NCBI GenBank assembly: GCA_030592225.1
Contig: JAUVJT010000002.1
Location: forward strand, 1-32,334
From: Candidatus Stahliibacteriota bacterium
GTDB lineage: Bacteria > Hydrothermota > Tepidihabitantia > B3-TA06
Direction: 5' to 3'
DNA: 32,334 nucleotides
This document shows positions 1 through 7,003 of this stretch, piece by piece; position 1 is the stretch's first letter, and each line of letters begins with the position of its first letter. Both the position numbers and the translations under genes were made by a program. A model generated the notes under the pieces. The model saw only the letters and a list, made by a program, of their open reading frames with translations, searched no databases and was not told the origin of the DNA.

Positions 1-63
1 ACGATGTGTCTTTCTTTGACATTCATCAAGTGTAGACAAGACCGGGATCTATTCTATCCCCTG

Positions 64-106
64 CAGACAGAAGTCTACTTGACAGTTCTGTCTGTGGGCG
101 TAAAAT
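64..106 (+). promoter_or_regulatory. Sigma70-type promoter (TTGACA 79-84, 16-nt spacer, TAAAAT 101-106) bracketed by a perfect 9-bp inverted repeat
   Basis: CAGACAGAA (64-72) and TTCTGTCTG (86-94) flank the -35 hexamer. The promoter lies 35 nt upstream of the 141 start. Confidence 0.5.
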
Positions 107-140
107 CAGAAAGTAAACAATCCCAACTCAGGAGGAAATA

Positions 141-1148
141 GTGAGTCACATCAGTAAAAAGCTCGCAACCTCGGTTATCTTGCTTGGTCTAGGAGCAGTC
201 TCTATACTATCGCTTGGTTGCGGTAGTAGTAGTGGTGGCGGCTCTTCGAAAAATGAGCCGCAACCGATAATCTCCAGAAGCTTCTGCAACAAAATCAAAG
301 ACCGTCTTGAAGATGAAATCGGTGGGTTCGGTATGGTGCTCGATTTCGAAAGCGTCACTGCAAATGAAACTATAGTCAAGATACGAGCGACTAATTCTTA
401 TGTTGTAAAACGCCTGGATTACCTCAAAGACTATGCATACAAAGCAGCCGCAGCAGCCAAGGAATTCCTTTACAATCAAGGAATTGAAGATGCGATTATT
501 GAAGTCTCTTTTACAGAGGAAGATGGAACCGAATACGGTTCCGTGTTCCTTACCCCAGACGGGCAAAGGTATTTCGCGCGTTACAGTGATGTAGAAACTA
601 TGCGTGCTCGTTTCGCACCAACACCTAAGGAACAAGTCACAACGCCAGAACAATCAACTCATGCCCCTCCACCCTCGACACCTGAAACTGAAGAAGAACC
701 AATTGACTTAAGTTACATGGCTAAAATCTCAGCGTCATCAACTTTACCCCCATCAAATGTAGCGAACTACAATCCTTTGAATGTTGCCGATGGAAATTCC
801 GCCACGGTTTGGTGCGAAAACGCTGAAGGTGATGGAGCAGGCGAAACAGAAATCGTATTCAAGTTCCCCAAGGAGATTAAATTCACTCGCATCGGCATTA
901 TACCTGGCTATGACAAAGGTGAACGCTGGACACAAAACCTGAGATTGAAAAGTTTTGGAATCACCGATGGCAGTCCCAGTCAGTACTCCTATACTTGCTC
1001 CGATAGCCGTAGTATGCAGTACTTTTCTCTTGAGGGTCTGTCCGGAACTAAACTAGTTCTTGATATACGCAGTTCTCATAGCTCTGGAGCTAAGTGGCAA
1101 GACCTGTGCATCGGCGAGATTGAAATCTGGGGAGTAGTTGTAGAGTAG
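141..1148 (+). CDS. Secreted lipoprotein with C-terminal discoidin (F5/8 type C, galactose-binding-like) domain
   Basis: GTG start lies 5 nt after AGGAGG (130-135). Signal peptide with lipobox LSLGC, then a Gly/Ser linker. The C-terminal ~140 aa shows the discoidin-type pattern (ISASS...NVADGN..TVW.E...GDGAGE.EI.F......RIGIIPGY......QN.RLK...I.DG) and ends CIGEIEIWG. Confidence 0.7.
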   Translation: MSHISKKLATSVILLGLGAVSILSLGCGSSSGGGSSKNEPQPIISRSFCNKIKDRLEDEIGGFGMVLDFESVTANETIVKIRATNSYVVKRLDYLKDYAYKAAAAAKEFLYNQGIEDAIIEVSFTEEDGTEYGSVFLTPDGQRYFARYSDVETMRARFAPTPKEQVTTPEQSTHAPPPSTPETEEEPIDLSYMAKISASSTLPPSNVANYNPLNVADGNSATVWCENAEGDGAGETEIVFKFPKEIKFTRIGIIPGYDKGERWTQNLRLKSFGITDGSPSQYSYTCSDSRSMQYFSLEGLSGTKLVLDIRSSHSSGAKWQDLCIGEIEIWGVVVE

Positions 1149-1156
1149 ACCGCTTC
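1089..1156 (+). repeat. Direct repeat, copy 1 (partner at 2028-2095)
   Basis: About 68 nt covering the last codons, the stop and the first downstream bases of the discoidin gene. It recurs with about nine in ten bases identical by eye. Confidence 0.8.
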
Positions 1157-1189
1157 TCAATAAACTTAAGCATGTAGGAGGCAATAGAT

Positions 1190-1765
1190 ATGAGCGAAGG
1201 CTTAGAGATTTGCTTGGGGTGGATTATCATTCTGGTGGTGGGCGGTGGGATACTCATTATCGTCATCTACAATAAGCTAGTATCTAAACGCAATCAGGTG
1301 CGCAACGCCTGGCATCAGATTGACATTCATATCCGCAGAAGATACGACTTGATTTCCAACATTGTGGAGACGGCCAAAGGCTACGCCAAGCACGAAAAGG
1401 AGACACTTGAGAACGTCACTGCTGCCCGCAAGCTGGGCATAAATGCAAAGACAGCCGAGAGTGCGGCCAAGGCAAACAACATGCTAACCGACACCTTGAA
1501 GTCGCTATTTGCGGTCACCGAGGCATATCCCGATCTCAAGGCAAACCAGAACTTCATTGCGCTTCAGGAAGAGTTGCGTTCAACCGAGGACAAATTGTCG
1601 CACGCGCGTCAGTTTTATAACGACGCCACCATGCGTTACAATACCGCGACCGAGAAGTTCCCGATGGTAATATTCGCACGGATGTTAGGCTTCAAGCGCT
1701 TCGAGTTCTGGGAGATACCGGAGGAGGAAAGAGCGGTACGTGGGCAGATAGTCAGTAAACTCTAA
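1190..1765 (+). CDS. lemA: LemA family membrane protein
   Basis: N-terminal TM helix followed by LemA hallmarks: YNKLV..RN.V.NAW.QID....RRYDLI.N.V...KGYA.HE..T...V, then EAYPDLKANQNF..LQ.EL..TE, then FP...FA...GF. AGGAGG RBS upstream. Confidence 0.9.
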   Translation: MSEGLEICLGWIIILVVGGGILIIVIYNKLVSKRNQVRNAWHQIDIHIRRRYDLISNIVETAKGYAKHEKETLENVTAARKLGINAKTAESAAKANNMLTDTLKSLFAVTEAYPDLKANQNFIALQEELRSTEDKLSHARQFYNDATMRYNTATEKFPMVIFARMLGFKRFEFWEIPEEERAVRGQIVSKL

Positions 1766-1783
1766 ACTTTAAGGAGGCAAAAA

Positions 1784-2014
1784 ATGGTAAAAGCGGCAGT
1801 AGCTTCATTTACTAAAGTAGTCCAAAAGTGTCCCAAGTGTGGGAAACCAGGGCCAAAAGATCTAGTTCAGGGCCCCAAGCGAATGAACTGGGTAGGTTAC
1901 ATTATCGTAGGTTTACTTACAGGTGGTGTTGGCCTTTTCTTTTTTCCAGCATTTAACAAATCACATCTTGAAGCCCACTGTGATTCCTGCGGTCATACTT
2001 TTAAGCCGCATTAA
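1784..2014 (+). CDS. Small membrane zinc-ribbon protein with LITAF-like architecture
   Basis: CPKC knuckle, then ~15 aa, then a ~22-aa hydrophobic stretch (WVGYIIVGLLTGGVGLFFFPAF), then a HCDSC knuckle. RBS is TAAGGAGG and the start lies 18 nt after the lemA stop. Confidence 0.65.
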   Translation: MVKAAVASFTKVVQKCPKCGKPGPKDLVQGPKRMNWVGYIIVGLLTGGVGLFFFPAFNKSHLEAHCDSCGHTFKPH

Positions 2015-2018
2015 GTAC

Positions 2019-2087
2019 ACCTCCGGCGCAAAGTGGCAAGACTTGTGCATCGGTGAGATTGAAATCTGGGGAGCGGTTGTAGAGTAG
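2019..2087 (+). pseudogene. 3'-terminal remnant of a second discoidin-lipoprotein paralogue (TSGAKWQDLCIGEIEIWGAVVE*)
   Basis: In-frame copy of the last ~22 codons plus stop of the 141-1148 gene. Differences are mostly third-position (ctg/ttg, ggc/ggt, gga/ggc). No upstream coding body; it begins 5 nt after the zinc-ribbon stop. Confidence 0.6.
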
Positions 2088-2125
2088 ATCGCTTTCCGCA
2101 AACACAAAAGCCTAAGGAGGCAAAA

Positions 2126-2602
2126 ATGAGACGTGCGGCTCTAATAGTCATGGGTGTAGCACTAACCCTCGTCATTGTATTAGGTACAGGATGCGCTTCT
2201 AACTACGCAGTGAAGTACCCCGAAATGTACATGACGCCAGTATCATTGTCAACGTTTGTTCTAACAAGCAAAGATGCTGTTAAGGCCAACCACCCGGAGT
2301 ACGAACCTATTGGTACAGTGAGCGCGACTAAGGTCAAGTTCCCAACTTTTGCATTAGGCGAACTGCCGAAAAGCGTCCCCGCAACTGTAGAAGAAGCACT
2401 CCAATCTCAAATCGTAAAAGATGCCGAAAGAATTGGAGGGAATGCCATAACAGACCTTCAAGTTTCAATGGTCCCCTATGGAATTTTTATCCAATTCCTA
2501 GGCGGGTTTCCTGTACCTGGAATCACGGGTAGTGGCAACGCAATTCCTCTTGTAGTAATAGGCGTCTCAGTAACAGCTTCAGGACAAGTTGTTAAATGGT
2601 AG
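2126..2602 (+). CDS. Lipoprotein of unknown function (C-terminal half weakly YbjQ/UPF0145-like)
   Basis: Signal peptide with lipobox LGTGC and TAAGGAGG RBS. The segment AERIGGNAITDLQV...VSVTASGQVVKW loosely recalls the YbjQ-type pattern. This is a weak call. Confidence 0.6.
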   Translation: MRRAALIVMGVALTLVIVLGTGCASNYAVKYPEMYMTPVSLSTFVLTSKDAVKANHPEYEPIGTVSATKVKFPTFALGELPKSVPATVEEALQSQIVKDAERIGGNAITDLQVSMVPYGIFIQFLGGFPVPGITGSGNAIPLVVIGVSVTASGQVVKW

Positions 2603-2630
2603 CTCCTTAAAGAATTAAGGGAAAATCGTA

Positions 2631-2680
2631 GAGGTCGACTTCAGAGTGCCCTTGTTGGGTATCAGGTCGGCCTTTTTTTT
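2631..2680. terminator. Probable bidirectional terminator between convergent genes
   Basis: GAGGTCGAC (2631-2639) can pair with GTCGGCCTT (2666-2674), allowing two G-U pairs. A T8 run follows on the plus strand. The loop is large, so this is only moderately convincing. Confidence 0.45.
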
Positions 2681-2694
2681 ATTTCTGGGAGCAA

Positions 2695-4074
2695 TCATGA
2701 CAAATCAAACAGATACAGCTTTTCCTCGGTCATCTCACGTACCGCATAGGCCGGACCTTCTCTGCCCAGACCCGAACCTTTCATCCCTCCGTAAGGCATG
2801 AGGTCTACGCGAAAGGTGGGCGCTTCGTTAATCAATACTCCGCCCGCATCTATGCCGTCGCAGGCACGGAAGGCCTTGCGAAGGTCGGAGGTAAAGCAAG
2901 CAGCTTGAAGACCGTAGTCGGTTGAGTTGACCCTGATGATGGCGTCTTCGAGGTCTCGCACCGGGTTGACGACCACAATTGGCGCAAACGCCTCCATCTG
3001 GATGAGCTTTGCGTCTTCGGGGACGTTGGCAAGTATCCACGGGCCGAGGAGAGTAGCATTGCGTGCTCCTTCGAGGATTACCTCAGCGCCAGCGGCCTTG
3101 GCCTCCTCTATCCAGGACAAGATACGGTCAACTTCTTTGGCTTCGATCATGGGACCAAGCTCGGTTGATTCATCAAGAGGATTGCCGATTCGCAGGGTGG
3201 AGACTTCGGATGTAAGGAGTTTCAGGAACTTATCATAAACCGCGTCTTCCACGTACACCCGCTGGGTGGAAATGCACACCTGGCCTGCCAGGGCGTAGCC
3301 GCCCAGCCTGATGCGCTTTGCCGCACGCTCCAGGTCGGCGTCTGCAAGGATGACTGCAGCTGAGTTTGACCCCAGCTCGGCGGCGATTTTTTTGAGTCCT
3401 GCGTGCCGGGTTATCTCTTCGCCGACCGCTTTGGAACCGGTAAAGGTAACCATTCGGGGAACGTGGGATTCCACGAGTGCAGAACCTACGGTGGAGCCGG
3501 GGCCGATTACTGTCTGGAGGCAATGTGGAGGAACGCCTGCTTCGTGCATTGCTTCCACCAGCTTGATGCCGGATAATGGTGTGACAGATGCGGGCTTGAG
3601 CATCGCACTGCACCCGGCCGCGAACGCCGGGCCAATCTTGTGCGCCACCAGGTTCAAAGGGAAGTTAAACGGCGTGATCGCGGCCACCACCCCGCACGGA
3701 ACCCGTTTGAAGAAACCCTGTTTGTTGTTATGACCTGCCGCGGAGAACCCCACCTCCTCGCCTGCCAGCTTCATGGCCTCTATGGCGGAGAGTCGCAGGG
3801 TATTTGCGCACCGCGCCACTTCTCCCCTCGCTTCCCGCCAGGTCTTGCCGACTTCAAGTATCAGGGTACGGGCGAATTCTTCGGATTGAGAATCTACGAT
3901 GTCGGCTGCCCGATTCAGTATCTCGGCTCGCTTCTGCTGATTTATCTCGCGGAGCTTGCCGAACGCGTTGTAAGCCTGCGCCAGCTTGGCCTCAACCGTG
4001 GACGGGGTGTCCTGCTCCAACTCGGCGACTGTCGAATTATCGTATGGGTTAAATACCTTCAACTTCTCGGCCAT
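2695..4074 (-). CDS. NAD(P)+-dependent aldehyde dehydrogenase family protein
   Basis: 459 aa. Catalytic Glu context ELGSNSA, catalytic Cys context GQVCISTQRVYV, FTGS motif and C-terminal PYGG.K.SG.GREG. AGGAGG RBS. Confidence 0.9.
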   Translation of the reverse strand: MAEKLKVFNPYDNSTVAELEQDTPSTVEAKLAQAYNAFGKLREINQQKRAEILNRAADIVDSQSEEFARTLILEVGKTWREARGEVARCANTLRLSAIEAMKLAGEEVGFSAAGHNNKQGFFKRVPCGVVAAITPFNFPLNLVAHKIGPAFAAGCSAMLKPASVTPLSGIKLVEAMHEAGVPPHCLQTVIGPGSTVGSALVESHVPRMVTFTGSKAVGEEITRHAGLKKIAAELGSNSAAVILADADLERAAKRIRLGGYALAGQVCISTQRVYVEDAVYDKFLKLLTSEVSTLRIGNPLDESTELGPMIEAKEVDRILSWIEEAKAAGAEVILEGARNATLLGPWILANVPEDAKLIQMEAFAPIVVVNPVRDLEDAIIRVNSTDYGLQAACFTSDLRKAFRACDGIDAGGVLINEAPTFRVDLMPYGGMKGSGLGREGPAYAVREMTEEKLYLFDLS

Positions 4075-4229
4075 AAATCTCCTCCTTGGAATATTTCCAC
4101 GTAGTGCGAGTCTTCAGACTCGCTTCCTGAAAAGCAAACCTAATACCCAACGTGGGACACGGCAGAGCCCGCCCCTTGACTTTACTGCATCCCATAGGGT
4201 ATACCGTGCCCTTACCTGCATGTTTCAGA

Positions 4230-4258
4230 AGTATAGAGGGGAGCTTTTGATATGTCAA
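4230..4258 (-). promoter_or_regulatory. Consensus promoter for the aldehyde dehydrogenase (TTGACA-17-TATACT on the minus strand)
   Basis: The reverse complement of 4253-4258 is TTGACA and of 4230-4235 is TATACT. This leaves a leader of roughly 150 nt before ATG 4074. Confidence 0.6.
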
Positions 4259-4270
4259 GAAATCTAATTT

Positions 4271-4335
4271 TGGAGTGCAACGACCGTGTCGTTGCATCAT
4301 TACGGGTAGCGCAACAAGACACTTGTTGCACTCCA
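4271..4335. repeat. Structured inverted-repeat element (GGAGTGC...GCACTCC family)
   Basis: TGGAGTGCAAC (4271-4281) is complementary to GTTGCACTCCA (4325-4335). Two internal 7-bp hairpins: GCAACGA/TCGTTGC and CAACAAG/CTTGTTG. Related copies lie at 24050-24136 and 20689-20723. Confidence 0.6.
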
Positions 4336-4386
4336 TATCAGGCGGACTTGAGCACCCGACCAGGACACGCTGCGTCGTGTTACTTA

Positions 4387-4806
4387 TTACTTCTTGTGTT
4401 TCTCTATCTCCGCTTTGATCCAGTCTACTGCCGCATCGCCCTGCATCAGGGCGTCAACCTGGGAAGGTTCAGAGGGCCTCATGGTAAACATCCAGCCCGC
4501 CCCGTAGGGGTCGGAGTTTATGAGGGTTGGGTCATCTTCCAATTCCTCGTTGATTTCTACGACTTCACCGGCAACCGGAGCGTATATCTTGCCCATCCAT
4601 TTTCCGGTCTCGTAGGAGCCGATAACCTGATTAGCTTTGACCTCACCCGAGGTCTCGGGCAATTCGATGAAGGAAAGCTCACCGGACAGTTTCTGGCTGA
4701 AGTCGTTTAACCCTACACGGATGAGATCGCCTTCCTTGCGAACCCACATGTGTTCGGAGTGATAGTAGAGTTCCTCAGGCAGATTGTAGCCTTCTATCTC
4801 CGCCAT
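4387..4806 (-). CDS. gcvH: Glycine-cleavage H-fold lipoyl-carrier protein (GcvH/LbpA-like)
   Basis: Contains HMWVR...IRVGL..F and the lipoyl-lysine context YETGKWMGKIYAPVAGEVVEINEEL, which aligns to E. coli VESVKAASDIYAPVSGEIV. TAAGGAGG RBS. Confidence 0.85.
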   Translation of the reverse strand: MAEIEGYNLPEELYYHSEHMWVRKEGDLIRVGLNDFSQKLSGELSFIELPETSGEVKANQVIGSYETGKWMGKIYAPVAGEVVEINEELEDDPTLINSDPYGAGWMFTMRPSEPSQVDALMQGDAAVDWIKAEIEKHKK

Positions 4807-4830
4807 GCTGCCTCCTTAAAGATTACGATC

Positions 4831-5124
4831 TTACGATATGATGCGTTTTGCGTTCTCGATGAGTTCGGTTAGCCCATCGTAATTGATTACCTTATCTGCG
4901 GGAGCCGAAAGACCTCGTGCCGCTAAGTCCTCTTTAAGAAAACGCACCGTAACCCCGGCAGATTCCAACTCGGAGAGTTTGCCCGCAAGTTCGACAGGCC
5001 CTTTCACCGCCAGTACCGCATCCTGGATGAAGCACAGAGTATCCCCGGATTTTGCCAGCCGGGCAGCCAGTTTCCAGGCGGTACGCTCAAAGGTGGACCG
5101 GGTTATAAGGTACAGATTCTCCAT
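4831..5124 (-). CDS. DsrH/TusB-family sulfur relay protein
   Basis: 97 aa. Has GD.L.FIQDAV.A and EDLAARGL, matching the TusB pattern (GDELLLLQDGV...EDLIARGL). Confidence 0.8.
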   Translation of the reverse strand: MENLYLITRSTFERTAWKLAARLAKSGDTLCFIQDAVLAVKGPVELAGKLSELESAGVTVRFLKEDLAARGLSAPADKVINYDGLTELIENAKRIIS

Positions 5125-5132
5125 GATTCCAC

Positions 5133-5495
5133 CTAGTTGAAGGTTATTACGTGGTCAACCTGACTGATCAACTCACGCAGCTTATCGTCAGTAAGAACTT
5201 CGGCTGGGATGCAATCGTCTGCCGAAAGACCGCGCTCGGTAAGTGAAGGTTCGTGGACGTAAAGTTTGGCTCCGAAATCAGATAACTGGGAGAAGGCGTC
5301 TTCCAGCTTGTGCATACCTAGCGCGTCCGGCAACTGCCCTTTGAGAGCGACCAGCACCCCGTCGTCAACGAGCACGGCGTGGGTATCAATCTCCATCCCG
5401 GCCAGACCTATGATTGCCCTGAACCCCTCGCCCGCAGATGCCATCCCGTAGGGACAGGTGCGGATGAGAATGAGAACCTGCTTCGATTCATTCAT
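5133..5495 (-). CDS. DsrF/TusC-family sulfur relay protein
   Basis: Start moved to the internal ATG (MNESKQVLILIRT..PYG), 2 nt after the dsrE stop. The longer ORF-track version overlaps dsrE. TusC-like G.EG..A......... and L.ERGL. Confidence 0.8.
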   Translation of the reverse strand: MNESKQVLILIRTCPYGMASAGEGFRAIIGLAGMEIDTHAVLVDDGVLVALKGQLPDALGMHKLEDAFSQLSDFGAKLYVHEPSLTERGLSADDCIPAEVLTDDKLRELISQVDHVITFN

Positions 5496-5497
5496 GG

Positions 5498-5848
5498 CTA
5501 GAACCCAAAGGAGAGGAAGCGGTCGCACTCATTGGCGTATTTTGCAAACACGACCATGCCTGCCTGCTTTGCCTCTTCGATGATGTCGGCCTTGCGGATG
5601 CCGCGGAACCTGGCGCAGGTGCCGCACGCCCGTATCTCGGCGCCTGCTTTTGCAAGCTCGGTCATCATCTCGGGTACGTTGCGTTCCTGTGGGGATTTAA
5701 TCTCTTTATGAAGATTGATAACGCCGTCTTCATAGAGATACATCCTTACTCCATGCCCTTTTGCCAAGAATCGTTTTGCCAGATGATAGCAGGTATCCAC
5801 GTTCTGGGACGTGTAAGGCCCGGTACGCAGGAGAAAACCAATGATCAT
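5498..5848 (-). CDS. DsrE/TusD-family sulfurtransferase subunit
   Basis: 116 aa. N-terminal GPY..Q and a conserved Cys in ACGTCARFRGI (compare TusD CVAAALRRGV). Confidence 0.85.
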   Translation of the reverse strand: MIIGFLLRTGPYTSQNVDTCYHLAKRFLAKGHGVRMYLYEDGVINLHKEIKSPQERNVPEMMTELAKAGAEIRACGTCARFRGIRKADIIEEAKQAGMVVFAKYANECDRFLSFGF

Positions 5849-5915
5849 CTATCCCTCAGATTGGAGGAGAGACACTCTGAATTCCCATTCTTGGATACCC
5901 CTCAGGAGCTTGTCT

Positions 5916-6105
5916 GAGAATAACCACAGAGAACACAAAGGGCACAAAGCGGAATTCAACCGCCAAAGATAAGCTACGGATATACGCATCTTGTGGTAAA
6001 CGAGCCGTTCCCTTAATCGGTGGACGCTTTGCGACGAAGTTAATCTGTGTACCGTAAGGTGAACGACTGTAAGGAGTTCTCATCTGTGGTTTATTTGACA
6101 TTCTC
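5916..6105. repeat. MITE-like element, copy 1 (about 190 bp) between tusA and dsrE
   Basis: Termini GAGAAT/ATTCTC and ATAACCACAGA/TCTGTGGTTTAT are inverted repeats. The left end carries three phased CACA(G/A)AG units. The right end carries ATCTGTG units. Confidence 0.6.
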
Positions 6106-6115
6106 GGACTCCCCC

Positions 6116-6346
6116 CTAGACCTTGCGACGGATGTAGAACTTCAGGACATCGCCGTCTTCTTTCATACCTAAAAGCTCATTCCCGGTCTGGTCGCACCAG
6201 GCAGGGAAATCCTCGCGCGCGCCCTCGTCGTCTGCCAGCACTTCAAGCACCTGGCCCATCCCGATCTGTTTTATCTGCTGGGCGGTTTTGAGGATAGGTA
6301 TGGGGCAAAGCAGGCCGCACGCGTCAAACGTCGTGTCCTTTTCCAT
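6116..6346 (-). CDS. tusA: TusA/SirA-family sulfur carrier
   Basis: 76 aa. Has the DACGLLCPIPILK motif (CPxP). AAGGAG RBS. Confidence 0.9.
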   Translation of the reverse strand: MEKDTTFDACGLLCPIPILKTAQQIKQIGMGQVLEVLADDEGAREDFPAWCDQTGNELLGMKEDGDVLKFYIRRKV

Positions 6347-6367
6347 GTATCGCTCCTTTATAAAAGA

Positions 6368-6559
6368 TCAATCTGATAACCACAAAAACCACAAAGGACA
6401 CAAAGACAAAAAAGAATTGAGGTAACGTACGTATTTACAGACCTTACCGGTACAAATGTTCGGCTCACTTTCGGTGTTAATTCATGTGACCGAAGGAGAA
6501 CCCTACCGGAGTTCCAATCTGCGAAAATCTGTGTCATCTGTGGTTTATAAAACATTCTC
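6368..6559. repeat. MITE-like element, copy 2 (about 190 bp) upstream of tusA
   Basis: Same end structure as copy 1 (ATAACCACAAAAACCACAAAGGACACAAAG ... AATCTGCGAAAATCTGTGTCATCTGTGGTTTATAAAACATTCTC). The core is partly alignable (GTTAAT..TGTGACCGAAGGAGAAC versus GTTAATCTGTGTACCGTAAGGTGAAC). Confidence 0.6.
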
Positions 6560-6763
6560 AAACAAGCTCCTGGTTGCCCCTTTCGGGGGTTCAAGTTCGT
6601 CCAGCCTGCCCCTCCGAAATTTCCCTTTGCTCCGATTCTTTGGAAAGAGGTGTGTTACGGGGGGTGTTATCTCCTTGTAACCGGAGCGTATGCTCCGGCT
6701 TATTGTGAGAATACCCCGGAGTGGTACGGGTGCGGGAGGTGTTGCGGGTATTACGGGTACGGG

Positions 6764-7003
6764 TCACGACTGCTGTCCCTCTTCGGTTCTTGCCCTGAGA
6801 AGGTTGCGAAGATAGTCGAGAGAGGATAATAACCCTTCGTCAAAGAAATCTTCATCCAGTTTATCGGCGTCGAACAACTTACCATCTACCTGGAAGCGTG
6901 AGAGTTCATGAATCATCTCAGCGCCGTTAGTGCCGTTGCTGAGGAGGAATATCGCATACCCCAAAGGGATGTCGTCCTTAAACTCTTCAGGAAGCTTTTT
7001 CAC
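6764..7003 (-). CDS. Small acidic hypothetical protein
   Basis: 79-aa ORF with a GTG start 7 nt after GGAG. No recognisable motif. Confidence 0.45.
   Translation of the reverse strand: MKKLPEEFKDDIPLGYAIFLLSNGTNGAEMIHELSRFQVDGKLFDADKLDEDFFDEGLLSSLDYLRNLLRARTEEGQQS

Noticed and set aside
6516-6548. CRISPR array as an explanation for the tandem ATCTG units
   Set aside because: The units are only about 10 nt long with no unique spacers, there are two to three copies per site, and no cas genes are present.
5920-6548. Replication origin, because ATAACCACA / TGTGGTTTAT and GGTGGATAA (10728-10736) resemble DnaA boxes (TTATCCACA)
   Set aside because: The matches are imperfect (7-8 of 9). There is no dnaA or dnaN and no AT-rich unwinding element nearby. 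The same motifs are explained as termini of the dispersed repeat.
5856-6680. ORFs 5856-6101, 6358-6594 and 6456-6680 around tusA
   Set aside because: They coincide with the two MITE-like repeat copies. Peptides such as LCVLCGFCGY and NLRKSVSSVV are translations of the CACAAAG and ATCTG units.
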